Shown one piece after another: positions 49,624 through 62,624 of a stretch of 64,000 nucleotides of DNA. A program made the translations under genes and the position numbers. Position 1 is the first letter of the stretch. The number at the start of each line of letters is the position of its first letter. Location: contig NC_092380.1 in assembly GCF_030028105.1 (NCBI RefSeq), positions 12,365,123 to 12,429,122 on the forward strand. The letters run 5' to 3'. Source of the stretch: Mobula birostris (lineage: Eukaryota). The notes beneath the pieces are model-generated. The model searched no databases. It was not told the origin of the DNA and saw only the letters and a program-made list of their open reading frames with translations.

Positions 49624-51038
49624 TGTCATGGTCTGGTTGTGAAGTCCCCATTCTGGTTCATGGTCTGGTCCGTGGACTCAGGACTCCGGGTCTTCCAGCT
49701 GACCCTTGTTTGAGTTAATCATAGGCACCTGATCCCCATCTTTGGGCTTGCAATATAAGTAGCCTTGGGGTTGAGTGTGGGCTGCTGGTTTGTCTTGTCA
49801 GTCCCCCTTGGAGCAACCTGCTGATGAAACCATTTGTGATCTCTAGGCCTGGTTGGATGACCACTGCTTCATGGAGCCTTGTTGCCACTTGTTGGAGTGG
49901 TCTTTGTGGTATGGATTCGGCTGTTTTCCGGGCCAGCTGAGTGGCTACCAGCCACACTGAGCTAGGTAGGGATCCAGCTGTTTCTGCAGCCAGCTGAGGT
50001 TGCTGGCTGAACTGAGACTTGGAGCTACCCCGGAGCAGAGATGGAACTGTCTGTAGTTCTTTGGTGTTTGTCTCCTCTTGTTCTCGCCTCTGTGGGGTAA
50101 GTCAGGCTGTTCTGCCGTTGCCCCGCGCGAGGTCATGTCTTGTCTTGTCTTGTCCTCGCCTCCGTGGGGTAAGTCAGGCCGTTTTGCCGTTGCCCTGCGG
50201 GGGTTGGGGTCATGTCTTGTCTTGTCTTTGCCTCTGTTGGGTAAGTCTGGCTGTCCTGCCGTTACCCAACAGGTGGACCTGTCCCACCTTGGTGTGGAGA
50301 TGAAATTGAGTCCTGGCTTGTCGTAGGATAAATCCCGGCTCTATGTCTATGTTCTGTCCTGTCTCATGTTAGTGTTGTGTTAAAGGTGAGTCCTGGTTGT
50401 CGAAGGATAAGTCCCGGCTCTATGTTGATGTTCAGTTCCCAGTCTGTCTCTCAGCTCCAGCCTCCAAGTTGTCAGCCTCTGCATTTCAAGACGAAGATCC
50501 CAAGCCAAGCTGCAAGAACCCAAGCCTCGAGGATCCTACGCCACTCCAAGAACCCAAGCCTCGAGGATCCCAAGCCAAGCTCAAGACCCAAGACCCCAAG
50601 CCTTGAGGATCCCAAGCGAAGCCTCAAGACCCAAGACCCCAGCCTTAAGCCAAGCCTCAAGATCCAAGACCCCAGCCTCAAGCCAAGCTTCAAGACCCAA
50701 GACCCAAGCCTCAAGACCCAAGACCCCAGCCTCAAGCCAAGCTCAAGTCCCAAGACTCCAGCTGGCAGCCAAGTCATGTCCTTGCCTGGTTCTGGTGTCT
50801 GAGCCCGAGGCAAGACCCAGGTTCTGGGTCCTTGTCTAGTCTCAGGCTCAGAGTCCAAGCCTTGTCTCCTAGTCCATGGTTCCTAGTCCTGGTCCTGCTT
50901 TCCCTAGCCCAAGTCTGCATTCTTGTCCCTACTCCTGGTCTGAATCCTGTCACGTCTTTACTCTAGTCAAGTCCTGTTTCTTGTACTTCAGTGTCTGTGT
51001 CTTGCATTTGGGTCAGTTCCCAGCACCCCCATGTGACA
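49624..51038 (+). mobile_element. Solo LTR or non-autonomous LTR element with internal tandem repeats
   Basis: Termini TGTCA...TGACA; exact 5-bp TSD CACTT at 49619-49623 and 51039-51043; TATA-like AATATAAG near 49752. Confidence 0.85.
50495..50760 (+). repeat. CAAG-based compound minisatellite (CAAGACC/CAAGCCT/CAAGC units)
   Basis: Directly visible shuffled 5-7 bp units inside the LTR element. Confidence 0.85.
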
Positions 51039-51220
51039 CACTTCTTTTACCCAAAGTGAGGTTCCATCCCACCACCAATAGGTGGAAAGCTGTGGCCTGA
51101 ATGGAAGACCTACACAGGAGCCTTCGGAATCATTGTGAACTAGCCTTAGAACTTTCTAAATCTACCCTTCATTAACTCCACTTAAAGAATGCATGACTTC
51201 CTCATGGACTTTCCAATATA

Positions 51221-51707
51221 CACTCAGTGGCCACTTTAATAGTCTACCCACTTCAAAGTTTGATGTGTTATGCATTCAAAGATGTTCCTCTGCACACCAC
51301 TATTGTAATGCGTGGTTACCCGAGTTACTACCGCCTTCCTATTAGCTTGAACCAGTCTGGTCATTCTCCTCTGACCTCTCTCATCAATAGGGCGTTTTTG
51401 CCCACAGAACTGCTGCTCACTGAATTTTTTTTTTCCTATTTCATGCCATTCTCTGTAAACTCTAGAGACTGTTGTGCGTGAAAATTCCAGGGTATCAGCA
51501 ATTTCTGAGCTACTCAAACCAACAATCATTCCATGGTCAAGGTCACTTGGATCACATTTTGTCCCCATTTTGCTGTTTGGTCTGAAAAACAACTGGACCT
51601 CTTGACCATGTCTGCATGTTCTGATGCACTGAGTTGCTGCCACATTATTGGCTGATTAGAGATTTGCATGAAGAAACAGGTGTACCTAATAAAGTGCCTA
51701 CTGAGTG
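51221..51707 (-). mobile_element. Tc1-derived non-autonomous transposon
   Basis: TA|CACTCAGTGGCCACTTTA...TAAAGTGCCTACTGAGTG|TA; ORF 51236-51643 is a Tc1 N-terminal HTH remnant (SEIADTLEFSRTTVSRVYREW). Confidence 0.85.
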
Positions 51708-52904
51708 TAGATGCCAAACCTATCCTAGACTGTGATGCTATAAATCAAGTCCACCGTCTCCCTGATGCCTGATTTGCTGTTACAGGCTCAATCTTGTGGT
51801 CTGAACTGTCCATATACAACCCTCATACACAAAGGGAAAAATGTGCAGACACCAACAGCATCCTTGTGAACATAACATGAAATCACAAGACTGTGAATTC
51901 TTTCGCCCACAAATTAACAGGTTTGTAGAACAGACTGTGCAAGGGTAGTTAAAGGTGCAAAAATTAACTTGATTAAATGAGAACAACACAGGTACTGTGA
52001 TTGAATATTAAAAAGACTAATGATCATTAGCTGGTAAGATGAAGTGTCAATGGACTGTGGAATGTACCTCAGGGTCCAGGGGTCAGTCTGGTTAGAAACC
52101 AGGAGATAAAGCAGAATGTTGCCCTGGATTTCTAGTATCTGCAGAATCTTGTGAGTTAGAGATTTATTCATTCTTTCAACCTATCCATGACGGCTTACAT
52201 CAGGTCATAAGGTCAGCACCAGGGGGGTTTCAAGGTTTTAAAGGAACTGAAACGTGGATCAAAGGAACCCTTTCCTGAAATTGTGTTCAAATCTCCAAGG
52301 ATTCTTGTTGAATAGGAACAATTCCTTCCCAAAGGGGAAAGTCCTAGAAGCTGACATTGAAGCAAAATGTGTAGGGAATACAGGTCCACAGTTCATTGAA
52401 AGTGGTGGCACAGGAAGATAGGGTTGCAAAAAAAGCTTTTGACATGTTGGCCTTCCTAAATCAAAGTACTAAATGCAGGAGATGGGATGTTGAAGTTGTA
52501 TAAGACATTGGCATTTGTGCAGATTTAGTCAACTACCTACAGGAAAGATGTCAAGACAGTTGAAAGAGTACAGAGAAAATTTACAAGGATGTTGCTGGAC
52601 TGGAGATCCTTGGTTATAAGGAAAGAATGAATTAGGACTTTATTCCTTGTAACGTAGAAGATTCGGAGGAGATTTGATAAAGGTTATGAGGGGTGTAGAT
52701 AGGGTAAATGGAATCAGACCTGGGTTCAATTCCCACCACTGTCTGTAAGAGGTTTCTACATTCTCCCCATGACCATGTGAGTTTCCTCCGGGTGCGCCGG
52801 TTTCCTCCCACAGTCCAAAGACGGTCACGTTAGTGAGATTTGGCACTGGGAAGCATGGCCTGAATCTTGAATTGCGACAGCACGCTGGTTCCCTGACGCA
52901 AACA

Positions 52905-53389
52905 TAGAAACATAGAAAATAGGTGCAGGAGTAGGCCATTCGGCCCTTCGAGCCTGCACCGCCATTTATTATGATCATGGCTGATCATCCAACTCAGAAC
53001 CCCGCCCCAGCCCTCCCTCCATACCTCCTGACCCCCATAGCCACAAGGGCCATATCTAACTCCCTCTTAAATATAGCCAATGAACTGGCCTCAACTGTTT
53101 CCTGTGGCAGAGAATTCCACAGATTCACCACTCTCTGTGTGAAGAAGTTTTTCCTAATCTCGGTCCTAAAAGGCTTCCCCTCTATCCTCAAACTGTGGCA
53201 CCTCGTTCTGGACTTCCCCAACATCGGGAACAATCTTCCTGCATCTAGCCTATCCAATCCCTTTAGGATCTTATACGTTTCAATCAGATCCCCCCTCAAT
53301 CTTCTAAATTCCAACGAGTACAAGCCCAGTTCATCCAATCTTTCTTCATATGAAAGTCCTGCCATCCCAGGAATCAATCTGGTGAACCT
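52905..53389 (-). mobile_element. Young CR1 3' end nested in a V-SINE (about 52720-53425)
   Basis: RFTRLIPGMAGLSYEERLDELGLYSLEFRRLRGDLIETYKIL...VVNLWNSLP; AAAC duplicated at the junctions. Confidence 0.88.
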
Positions 53390-53714
53390 AAACGATGCAT
53401 ATGTCACAAATAAAACTAATCCTTTTTTATAAAAACAGTATCTTTTATCTCTAAATCCTTTCATTACTGTTCATGTGTCAATCTACACACCCTTTAAATG
53501 TTGTTGTCGTGTCTATTTCCATTCCCGCTCTGGTAGGACGTTCCAGGCACCTATCGCTCTCTGTGCAATAAGAACTTGCCGTGCAAACCTGCTTCAAACT
53601 TCACCCCTCCCACCTCAAAGCTATGCTCTCTGGCATTTGACATCTCTACCCTGGGAAAAAGACTGGTTACCTTCCCTCTTCATACCTTTCCTGGTTTCCT
53701 AGTTCCTTAAGGCT

Positions 53715-54130
53715 GTTATAGTCGGGGGTGGTAAAGGGGACAAACTCCCACTACCTATTAAATGCTCAAAGTAATGTGCATCTCAAATAGCTCCCGACCT
53801 TCACGCGTGGTTTAGCTACTAAGCCCAGCTGTTCTGCTTCTACTGACAGGAGAAGGGGCAAAGGCGGCTTACTGGCGCTTCGGGCAGACGGGGCTCCTCG
53901 GCCGTGGTTGGCAGCTCACCTAGGAGAAGGAAAACTCTGATCTCAAACCTCCACTGCCTTGCGGCTATACCCACCCATGGGGAAAACTTTGGGAGTAAAC
54001 CTCTCAGGAGTTCCTACGTTGAGTTCAACGCTGACTGGCAACTCCTGCGTCGCTGCTGGTTCCAAGCCGGATTGGTCTCCGCCGTTCATCAGACACGTGG
54101 ACGGAGCGACCTTGCTCCATAGGCGACAGC
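53715..54130 (+). mobile_element. Probable RTE-related LINE 5' UTR-derived repeat
   Basis: Hairpin-rich leader followed by GGCAGCTCACCTAGGAGAAGGAAAACTCTGA, a motif recalled from RTE 5' regions. Confidence 0.4.
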
Positions 54131-55611
54131 TTGCTCTCGGTATCGCATGTTTTGACGTACACGCGACAAGTAAACTTAGTTCTCTTTGCATGTTTTTGGA
54201 CGACACAGATGCCTGTGCTGAGGTGTGTCTGATAATGAACGTTGCAAACAAGAAGACTTCAAGGTTCACCGCAGCCTGGGACAACGTACAACCCGCCTGA
54301 AGAAATCATCGCGTCCAGCACCATCTTTGGGAGGCAAGGGAGTGTCGACATGTTTAGGTTGAAACTCTACATCGGGGCTCAGAGCGGAGAGGCGAGATTT
54401 CGAGCATAGGGAAGGAAAGTGGTGAGAAAGGAATTCGAAGCGACTGATGGACTGAGGAGGGGTGTAAGATGTCAGGCTGGTTGCTACAGGTAGACAGATG
54501 GAGGGGGTTTGTGGGGTGAGTGGCACTGGCAGGAAAAGTTGTCCCACCTTGCGTGGGAGCTGCCCCCAAGACAATTCAAACCCTGTTTATCATCTACGGG
54601 AGCCAGGAATCTGATGCAAACTCCACATCTACCTGTAAAGGACAGACACACGAGGGCAGCCCCGTTTCACATTACAGTATCTGGTACAAAGGAGTTTAAG
54701 AGATTTGTGACCTTTCATTGTAGTTAACACACCTCTCCTCACCCGCCCACCACCTCCCCCTGGTGCCCTCCTCTGTCCCTTTCCCCATGGCCTACTGTCC
54801 TCTCCCATCAATTTCCTTCTTCCTCAGCCCTTTACTTCTTCTACCTATCACCTGCCAGCTTCTTACTTCACCCTCTCCCACCACCTGGTCTCACCTATCA
54901 CCTACCAGCTTCTTACTTCACACCCCCCCCCCCCGCCGCCCAGTACCACCTGGTCTCACCTATCTCCTGCCAGTTTCTTACTTCATCCCCCAACCCCCAG
55001 CACCACCTGGTCTCACCTATCACCTGCCAGCTTCTTACTTCACTTCCCCACCCCCCAGCACCACCTGGTCTCACCTATCACCTGCCAGCTTGTACTCCTT
55101 CCCTTCCCTCCACCTTGTCTGGCTTCTTCCCCCGTCCTGAAGAGGGGGCTTGGTCCGAAATTTCGGTTGTTGATGCTCCTCCGGAAATGCTGTCTGACCT
55201 TCTGAGTTCCTCCAGCATTTGTTCTGGGTTTACAGCATCTGAGTACTTCTTGCGTTTACCAGTCTTTAATGAGTTCTTGTCTGCGAGCTCTATTACAAGA
55301 CCGTAGCAAGTAGCTGCGTCCCGTTTGATTCAGATCCAGACCAGGATGGCCCATAAACTTAGCCTGTCTCATGGCAAATGGGACTGTCACGTCCCGCTGC
55401 TGTAGCGTAGCATTTAGTCTAACACTATTACAGCGCCAACGACCCAGGTTCAATCCCCACCACTGCCTGAAATGAGTTCACGTGTTCTCCCCGTGACCAC
55501 GTCGGTTTCCTCCAGGTGCACCGGTTTCTTCCCACATTTCAGAGATGTACGGGTCACATGGATGTAATTGGGCGGCACAGGTTCGTTGGGCTGGAAGGGC
55601 CTGTTACCGCA

Positions 55612-56805
55612 CCTTTGATTTTCAAAAGGCTTTTGACAAGGTCCCACACAGGAGATTAGTGTGCAAACTTAAAGCACACTGTATTGGGGGTAAGGTATTG
55701 ATGTGGATAGAGAATTGGTTGGCAGACAGGAAGCAAAGAGTGGGAATAAACGGGACCTTTTCAGAATGGCAGGCAGTGACTAGTGGGGTACCGCAAGGCT
55801 CAGTGCTGGGACCCCAGTTGTTTACAATATATATTAATGACTTGGATGAGGGAATTAAATGCAGCATCTCCAAGCTTGCGGATGACATGAAGCTGGGCGG
55901 CAGTGTTAACTGTGAGGAGGATGCTAAGAGGATGCAGGGTGACTTGGATAGGTTAGGTGAGTGGGCAATTTCATGGCAGATGCAACTTGATGTGGATAAA
56001 TGTGAGATTATCCACTTTGGTGGCAAGAACAAGAAAACAGATTATTATCTGAATGGTGGCCAATTAGAAAAAGGGGAGGTGCAACAAGACCTGGGTGTCA
56101 TTGTACACCAGTCATTGAAAGTGGGCATGCAGGTACAGCAGGCGGTGAAAAAGGCGAATGGTCTGCTGGCATTCATAGCAAGAGGATTCGAGTACAGGAG
56201 CAGGGAGGTACTACTGCAGTTGTACAAGGCCTTGGTGAGACCACACCTGGAGTATTGTGTGCAGTTTTGGTGTCCTAATCTGAGGAAAGACATCCTTGCC
56301 ATAGAGGGAGTACAAAGAAGGTTCACCAGATTGATTTCTGGGATGGCAGGACTTTCATATGATGAAAGACTGGATCGACTAGGCTTATATTCGTTGGAAT
56401 TTAGAAGATTGAGGGGGGGGGGATCTTATAGAAATGTATAAAATTCTAAAGGGATTGGACAGGCTAGATACAGGAAGATTGTTCCGGATGTTGGGGAAGT
56501 CCAGAACGAGGGGGTCACAGTTTGAGGATAAAGGGGAAGCCTTTTGGGACTGAGATGAGGAAAAACTTCTTCACACAGAGAGTGGTGAATCTGTGGAATT
56601 CTCTGCCACAGGAAACAGTTGAGGCCAGTTCATTGGCTATATTTAAGAGGGAGTTAGGTATGGCCCTTGTGGCTAAAGGGATCAGGGGTATGGAGAGAAG
56701 GCAGGTAGAGGGTTCTGAGTTGGATGATCAGCCATGATCATACTAAATGGCGGTGCAGACTCGAAGGGCCAAATGGCCTACTCCTGCACCTATTTTCTAT
56801 GTTTT
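55612..56805 (+). mobile_element. Young 5'-truncated CR1 LINE (RT C-half almost intact)
   Basis: DFQKAFDKVPH...SGVPQGSVLGPQLFTIYINDL...SKLADD...LYKALVRPHLEYCVQFW; frame breaks first at the poly-G run near 56413; (TTTCTATG) tail. Confidence 0.92.
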
Positions 56806-59338
56806 TCTATCACTAACTGACGAAAAATAGTGCCCAAGATCAAATCATCTACTATCCATGAAGTTAAGAATCAGTAGCATTTCCAATGGAGAACAGAGAC
56901 GCCGGGGAATAGATTGTGGAACTGAGAGCAGGCGTTGTGGTTTGGTTTTGAAGTGAGGTTTCGGAGGACTGTGGGGTTTGCAGAGAGGATCAATGCCTTG
57001 GAGCAAGGGTAGATAAAAGGGCGTGGGCTGCCCAGGTGAAGCAGTGAACCCTGGTGAAGTGAGAAGAGGGTTGAGAAATGGTTGGCGGGGGCTCTGGGGT
57101 GGAAATGGAAAGAGAACGGGGGTGTCGGAACCCAAGAATGAGGGAAACTGCAGAGAAAGTGATGATCAGGAGGGAAGTGACCTTTTAGAGAGAAAAGGAA
57201 GGAACATATACCGTGTAGAAGATGTTTCTCAGACTCTTCACTAGAGATTGGACCTGTTTTCAGGGTTGAAGCATACTCAGCCTTCAACCCCACTCTACCC
57301 TCTTACCTTTTCCCACTTGTCTATCACCCCCCCAACCCAGCCCAGTCCCCTCCTCCTTCCCTTTCTCCCTCTCCTATCAGATTCCTTCCTCTCCAGCCCT
57401 TCTTCCCTACCCACCTGGCTTCACCTATCACCTTCTAGCGATCCTCCCTGTCCTCTCTCCACCCTCCCCCCACTTCCTTTCCAATCTTGAAGAAGCTGCC
57501 TGACTTACTGCGTTCCTCCAGCATTTTGTGAGTGTTGCTCTGGATTTCCAGCAACTGCACATTTTCTTGTGTTTAAGCTCAGCCTTCTACCTACGACGTG
57601 TTTCACTGTATGTGGTTGAACTGGCAAACATTGTACCTCATATGAAGCTGCTCTCCAGCCTCCATATTCTAGGCCAGGGGTTCCCAACTTAATGGTATTG
57701 GTCCATGGCATAAAACCCTGATCTAGTGACTCTGCATAGGAAATAGCAGGAACAGTTGCTGTCTACTGTCTTTTGCTTTGATTCCCAAAGATAATTCTGC
57801 ATCACAAATGTTACCATGCCATATCTCTAAATAAATAATACACAAATACATGATCTTAAACTATAAAAAGAAACCTCAAGAATGCAAGTTATATATCTCT
57901 GGTCTTCATTGCTCTTGGGTTAATGTCCTGTCGTTGCCAACTTGATATTTTGCCTGTCAATGGAATGGACAAGTGCAAAGTGCAGCCCTACCATTATCAC
58001 CTTGGTGACTAGGAATGTACAGTACTAGGCATTGCACCCTTTCAATATCTTCCCCTTCCCAAGAGCAAACGTTTAACAGAAGAAGTAAGAGCAAAAGCAA
58101 ATGTTAAGAATAAATAATTCACCAAGATTGGTATAGTGGTAAGTGTTGTAAGGATTTCATATAGTTGCTCGCTTCTGTTGTTTACAAGATTTGTGTTTTT
58201 TTTTCACTTTCTCTGCTCACTGGGGTTGGTATTTTTTTAAAAATTGGGTTCTTTTGGGTTTCTTGTTTTGTGACTGCCTGTAAGCAGACAAATCTCAAGG
58301 TTGTATAATTTATACATTCTTTGATAATAAATGTGTTTTGAACCTTAAACCTTTGAATTTTCACCCACACTAACAGAGCAAACATTAAAAATTGTCCAGG
58401 AGGTGAAGCAGAAGTTTCTTTAATACAATGTACAGATCTTACGATGAACTCTGAAGTCAAATATCTCTATTTCATTCCACTCTTTGCATCATTTTCTCCA
58501 GATTGGTGCTGTGTTCAGTATTAAGGGATATCGGGTGGTTGGGAGTGAAACTGACTTCAGCCCCTTCAGCCTAGAAAGAGCCCTATAACATGGGCTGCTC
58601 CACAATCTTCCCAGGGTAATTACTTGGGCTGGGGGCTGGCAGAGGGAGAAAAGAGGCCCCACACGTACCAGGCATGAAGGACAACCCTTTGGCTGTGAAA
58701 CAGGAAGCCTTTTGCCCCAATACTTAGCCATGGTAAGGGGTTGTACCCAAGGACCTCTGGTCAAAATTAGTCAATGGAAAGGTAGGTTTAGCCAAAAGAA
58801 CAGGGCCTACTCAAAATTCTTTCCTTTAAAGCATTAATGTTATACCCCTATGTCACAACCCAATTTCTAACCCTAAAGAATAGTAAAAGCCTCATTGAAC
58901 TGAACTCAAAATACCTTTGGAAAATATCCCTGAGAAATTAGTTGGCATTTCCTGCAATATCAGCTTCATGATCCCTAACATATTCTCAAACTCTCCCAAC
59001 TATTCACTATCATCCTGCTGTCTCATTGCATTGGACTGCAAACTTACCAAAAACATTTCCTTCCAACTCAAGCCCTGGATATTTTCAACTCCACCCCCTT
59101 GTCTGCCTATTAATCACCTTCTATTGCCAATTAACGTATTACTACCACTCACCGTTCCTATCAGTGTTCTTCTTCGTCAGCCCCTTACCTCTTCCACCTA
59201 TCAACTCCCAGATTCTCACTTCATTCCCTCTCCCCCACCCACCCACCTTCCCCCTCACCTGACTTCACCTAACACCCCTTGGCCTGCAGCCTTTCCCTCC
59301 TCCCACCACCTTATTCTGGCTTCTTCCCCCTTCATTTC

Positions 59339-59376
59339 CGGTCCTGATGAAGGATCACAGCCCGAAACGTCGACTG
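59339..59376 (+). ncRNA. Minimal type I hammerhead ribozyme motif (Penelope tail)
   Basis: CGGTC-CTGATGA-AGGATCACAGCCC-GAAAC-GTC-GACTG: canonical GUC triplet, helix I CGGTC/GACTG, helix II with one mismatch. Confidence 0.6.
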
Positions 59377-59971
59377 TTTATCTCCCCTCATGCCTAACCT
59401 GCTGAGTTCTTCCAGTGTCGTGTGCGTGTGTTGTTCTGGATTTCCAGCACCTGCAGGATACTTTATTATTGCTATAGTCTGCTCTGTTACAGAACCCAAC
59501 CAGGTGTCTACACCTCCTGCTCATCATCTTATAGAAAGCATTCCTAAAAACACAAAGTCAGCTCTCCAATCCGTTCAGTCTTCTCCAGCAACGCAGATAC
59601 ACTGGTGTCACTGGCTGCTGCTTTTTGAACCTCCCAAACCTGCAACTCCTACCCGCAAGCAGCAGGGGGCAGCAGGTGGCCCGCTCGCAGGTTCCCCTAT
59701 CCTGCAGTAATACAGTACAGTATATTGCTGCCCCGTCACTGTCACTGTCAGCAGCTCCCGGCACAACCCCGTCAAACAGCACTCTCTTTAAAAACATGAC
59801 CGGCAGCTCAGGAAGGCATTCCCTAAGGCAACAACTGAAGAGAGAAACAAGGCAGCATCCTAAACTGACGATCTGCTTCATTTAGGGTAACAGCCATACG
59901 GCGCAGAAACAGACCCTTCGGCCCATCTCATTCCTGCTGGCCAAGACGCCCGTTTGAGATAGTCAGACTTA

Positions 59972-60275
59972 GAACATAGACCAGTGCAGCACAGGAACAG
60001 GCCATTCGGCCCACAATGTTATGCTGAACCAGCTAAAAAGCAAATCAAAAACACCCAAACACCAATCCCTCCTACCTACATAATGTCCATATCCCTCTAT
60101 CCTCCTTATAACCATGTGCCTATCCAAACATCTCATAAAAGCCTCTATAGTATTTGCCTCCACCATAGCAGGCAGCGCGTTCCAGGCATCCACCACTATC
60201 TGAGTGAAAAACTTACCCCTCACACCCCCTTTGAACCTACCCCCTCTCATCTTCAATGCATGCCCTCTGGTATAT
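59972..60275 (-). mobile_element. CR1 LINE 3' fragment
   Basis: TRGHALKMRGGRFKGGVRGKFFTQIVVDAWNALP. Confidence 0.75.
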
Positions 60276-60306
60276 GGGCCTGTGTTTGACCCATATCTCT
60301 CTAAAC

Positions 60307-60390
60307 CAGGGGTTCCCAACCTTTTTTTTTAATTCCATGGACCAATGCCATTAAGCAAGGGGTCCATGCACCCCAGGTTGGGAACCCCTG
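60307..60390. mobile_element. Tiny hAT/Charlie-type MITE
   Basis: CAGGGGTTCCCAACCT...AGGTTGGGAACCCCTG 16-bp TIRs; related copies near 22256, 24238, 44502 and 57675. Confidence 0.75.
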
Positions 60391-62154
60391 TCCATGTACC
60401 TGTCTAAGTAACTTTTCAATGTTGTCCATGTACCTGCCTCAGCCACTTCCTCTGGAAAGAACGAGGCAGCCACATTGCCCCGACACTTTCTCCGTCTTCA
60501 TCACTAGTACTACGCCTTGCCTCTAAGTTTCCTTTCGCATTAGAGCTAAATCTTCAGAACACCAGTTATTGCTTTGCCTACTGCGAGTTTACTTCAGACC
60601 ATCCTCTGGGAGAAACTGTTGCCCTCCTTATTAAACTCCCCCCCCCCCCCGCCGTCAACTTAAACTTGTGCCGCCTAGTTCTCGATTCCACACCCCTGGT
60701 AAACAGATCGCATGCATTCTCCCTATCAGTACCCCGTTTTCCCCATCTGTACCCCGATGTTTGTCTGTTATTGTAGCTTCCCATTCTCCCACCTTAGAAA
60801 CAGAATCTAAACTTGAAGAGGAACTCAGCAAAGGCCTGGCTAGTAATGAGCATTACACTGTTACAGACTCAACGATTTTGTATTTACTGTAACGTTGCTC
60901 TTGTCTTATTACTTTCTTGATTAGCAAGGGGGTCAAAGGTTACAAGGAGAAGGCAGGAGAATGGAGTTCAGAAATCAGCCATGATGAAATGGAGGAGCAG
61001 ACCTGATGGGCTGAATGTCCTAATTCAGCTCCTATGTTTGATGGTTTCTCAGATTACCAATGCTGGTAACGATTCCTCTGTTCCTATCCGCGACCCTCCC
61101 ACTTATCCCATTGTCACCCTCCCTCGCTTTACACAAATCTTTCAAAGTCACTTAATCTCACCTAAGCTCCCCCTCCATTTAGCTTTTCACACTCTGCTCA
61201 CCTTCTTTAACCTGGCCTGTGCTCTTTAATCTCACACATTTCCCAATTCCAACGCAAAGCCCTCAACCCAAAACACAAACTCCTCTTTCCCTCTTCCCAC
61301 AGGATCTCCGCCGTTTTCTGTTTAAAGAGTTTAGTTCTCTGTTAATTCAAATATATTGATTTTTTTTTTGTTTTAAATTCCAGCTTAGTGTAAAATTAGT
61401 TCTAACCTCTGGCTAGTTGGGTGCAGAGGGGTTTCAGGATCAGTGATCCTCCAGCGGTCCCCACAAACTGCCAGAAGTGAAGGGTTAGTGATTGCCCACT
61501 GTGGGGGCAGTAGGGTGGTTAAGGAGGTGGTGGAAGATTGTACAAGGTAATACCCCCTGTTTGTAGGTATTGCTGGACAGGGAGCCCAGAGTGGGAGAGT
61601 GACAGCACTGGACGGATTCCAACTTAATTCAGCAACAGGACATCTGGAGAAGAGTGTTCTCAGAAGCAGAGATGACCTCCAGACCTTCTCCCGAATCCAG
61701 GCTGTTCTAATCTCTGCTCCATCACCGTGGGATGTAAATCAGAAATAACACCGTGATGTTCGATTCCAGTCCCACATCGTCCTGACTCTCAGGGTGAGTC
61801 GGATGCCCTTCGCGCTCTCCCGTCGCTGATCTAATGCCGTGTCATCCACCTTGGGCGGTGGCCCGGCCTGCAGCGGATTAACAGAACAAGCAAGCAATGA
61901 AGAGCCTGATGCTGGCGATTCAATTAGTCCCTTGCAGATTCAGTGAGGTGTGTTAGCCTTAATAATGGTCTTGCCCACCCTCGGCGCAGCCCGGCTATTT
62001 GCGGCCTTGCTTTCTAGGCTGCTTGCTCTCCAACCAGTTTCTCCTGGCCAGGACAACAGCCTACACCACAAATGGATTGAGGGTTATTGAATATTCCGCC
62101 TGTTGCGCTCCAGTTCAGACTGACCGGAGAGCTGTTCCATTCTCCCAGGCTGAG

Positions 62155-62330
62155 ATCCCGCCCCCTCTCATGTGCTGCTCTTGGATTGGTGGGGCTTGTT
62201 TGTCTCCCTGAACAACGGCCTCCTGTCCTGAATTTGGATTGGCCGATTCTTGGCGGCACCCTGAGTTTGGATTGGCTGTCGCTTTGTGCTGCGCTAAAAT
62301 GAGGACATTTTCCGGCGTTTTCCAATCAGA
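62155..62330. promoter_or_regulatory. Candidate NF-Y/Sp1/ETS promoter of an unidentified transcript
   Basis: GC box CCCGCCCC at 62157, GATTGG (reverse CCAAT) at 62185, 62238 and 62271, TTCCGG at 62311, CCAATCAG at 62322. Confidence 0.5.
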
Positions 62331-62624
62331 CTCGCCATTGTCGGACTGCCTTCTGTTCGTCACCCTCTGGCTTTCCGTCACCTCATCCCACTTCTGCAGC
62401 TCAGCTAAAGTTTTAGCTGGAAGGAAAATGAGGTACATCACGTTAGACTGAATTGGAACATGAGCACAAATAAACTATTTGCCCCTACGTCACATCTCGT
62501 TTGATTCTTCCCTTCCACTCACAGCCTCCAAAACCCACTCACTACCTTTTTACCCCCACTTATCCCGTCGTCATCTTCTGCTGCTTTCTACCTTGTACTT
62601 AGTGACCTGCCGGAATCAACCTCA

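Noticed and set aside
50495-50760. CRISPR-like array (also considered for 63332-63624)
   Set aside because: Eukaryotic context, no unique spacers and no cas genes; plain tandem repeats.
50377-50858. Repetitive ORFs (LKTQDPS / LGLRLGSWVL)
   Set aside because: Translation of a minisatellite inside an LTR element.
53715-53900. HDV-like ribozyme at the RTE-like 5' leader
   Set aside because: Simple hairpins are visible, but the nested double pseudoknot could not be built by eye; needs an RNAMotif/Infernal search.
59558-59885. ORFs with tyrosine-motif-like (AIYCTV) or Ig-like (VLYYC) words
   Set aside because: Short chance matches with no domain context or consistent exon chain.
62115-62441. 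108-aa minus-strand ORF as a terminal coding exon
   Set aside because: No homology recognised, and its ANPNSG repeat coincides with repeated CCAAT boxes, better explained as a promoter; not fully excluded.
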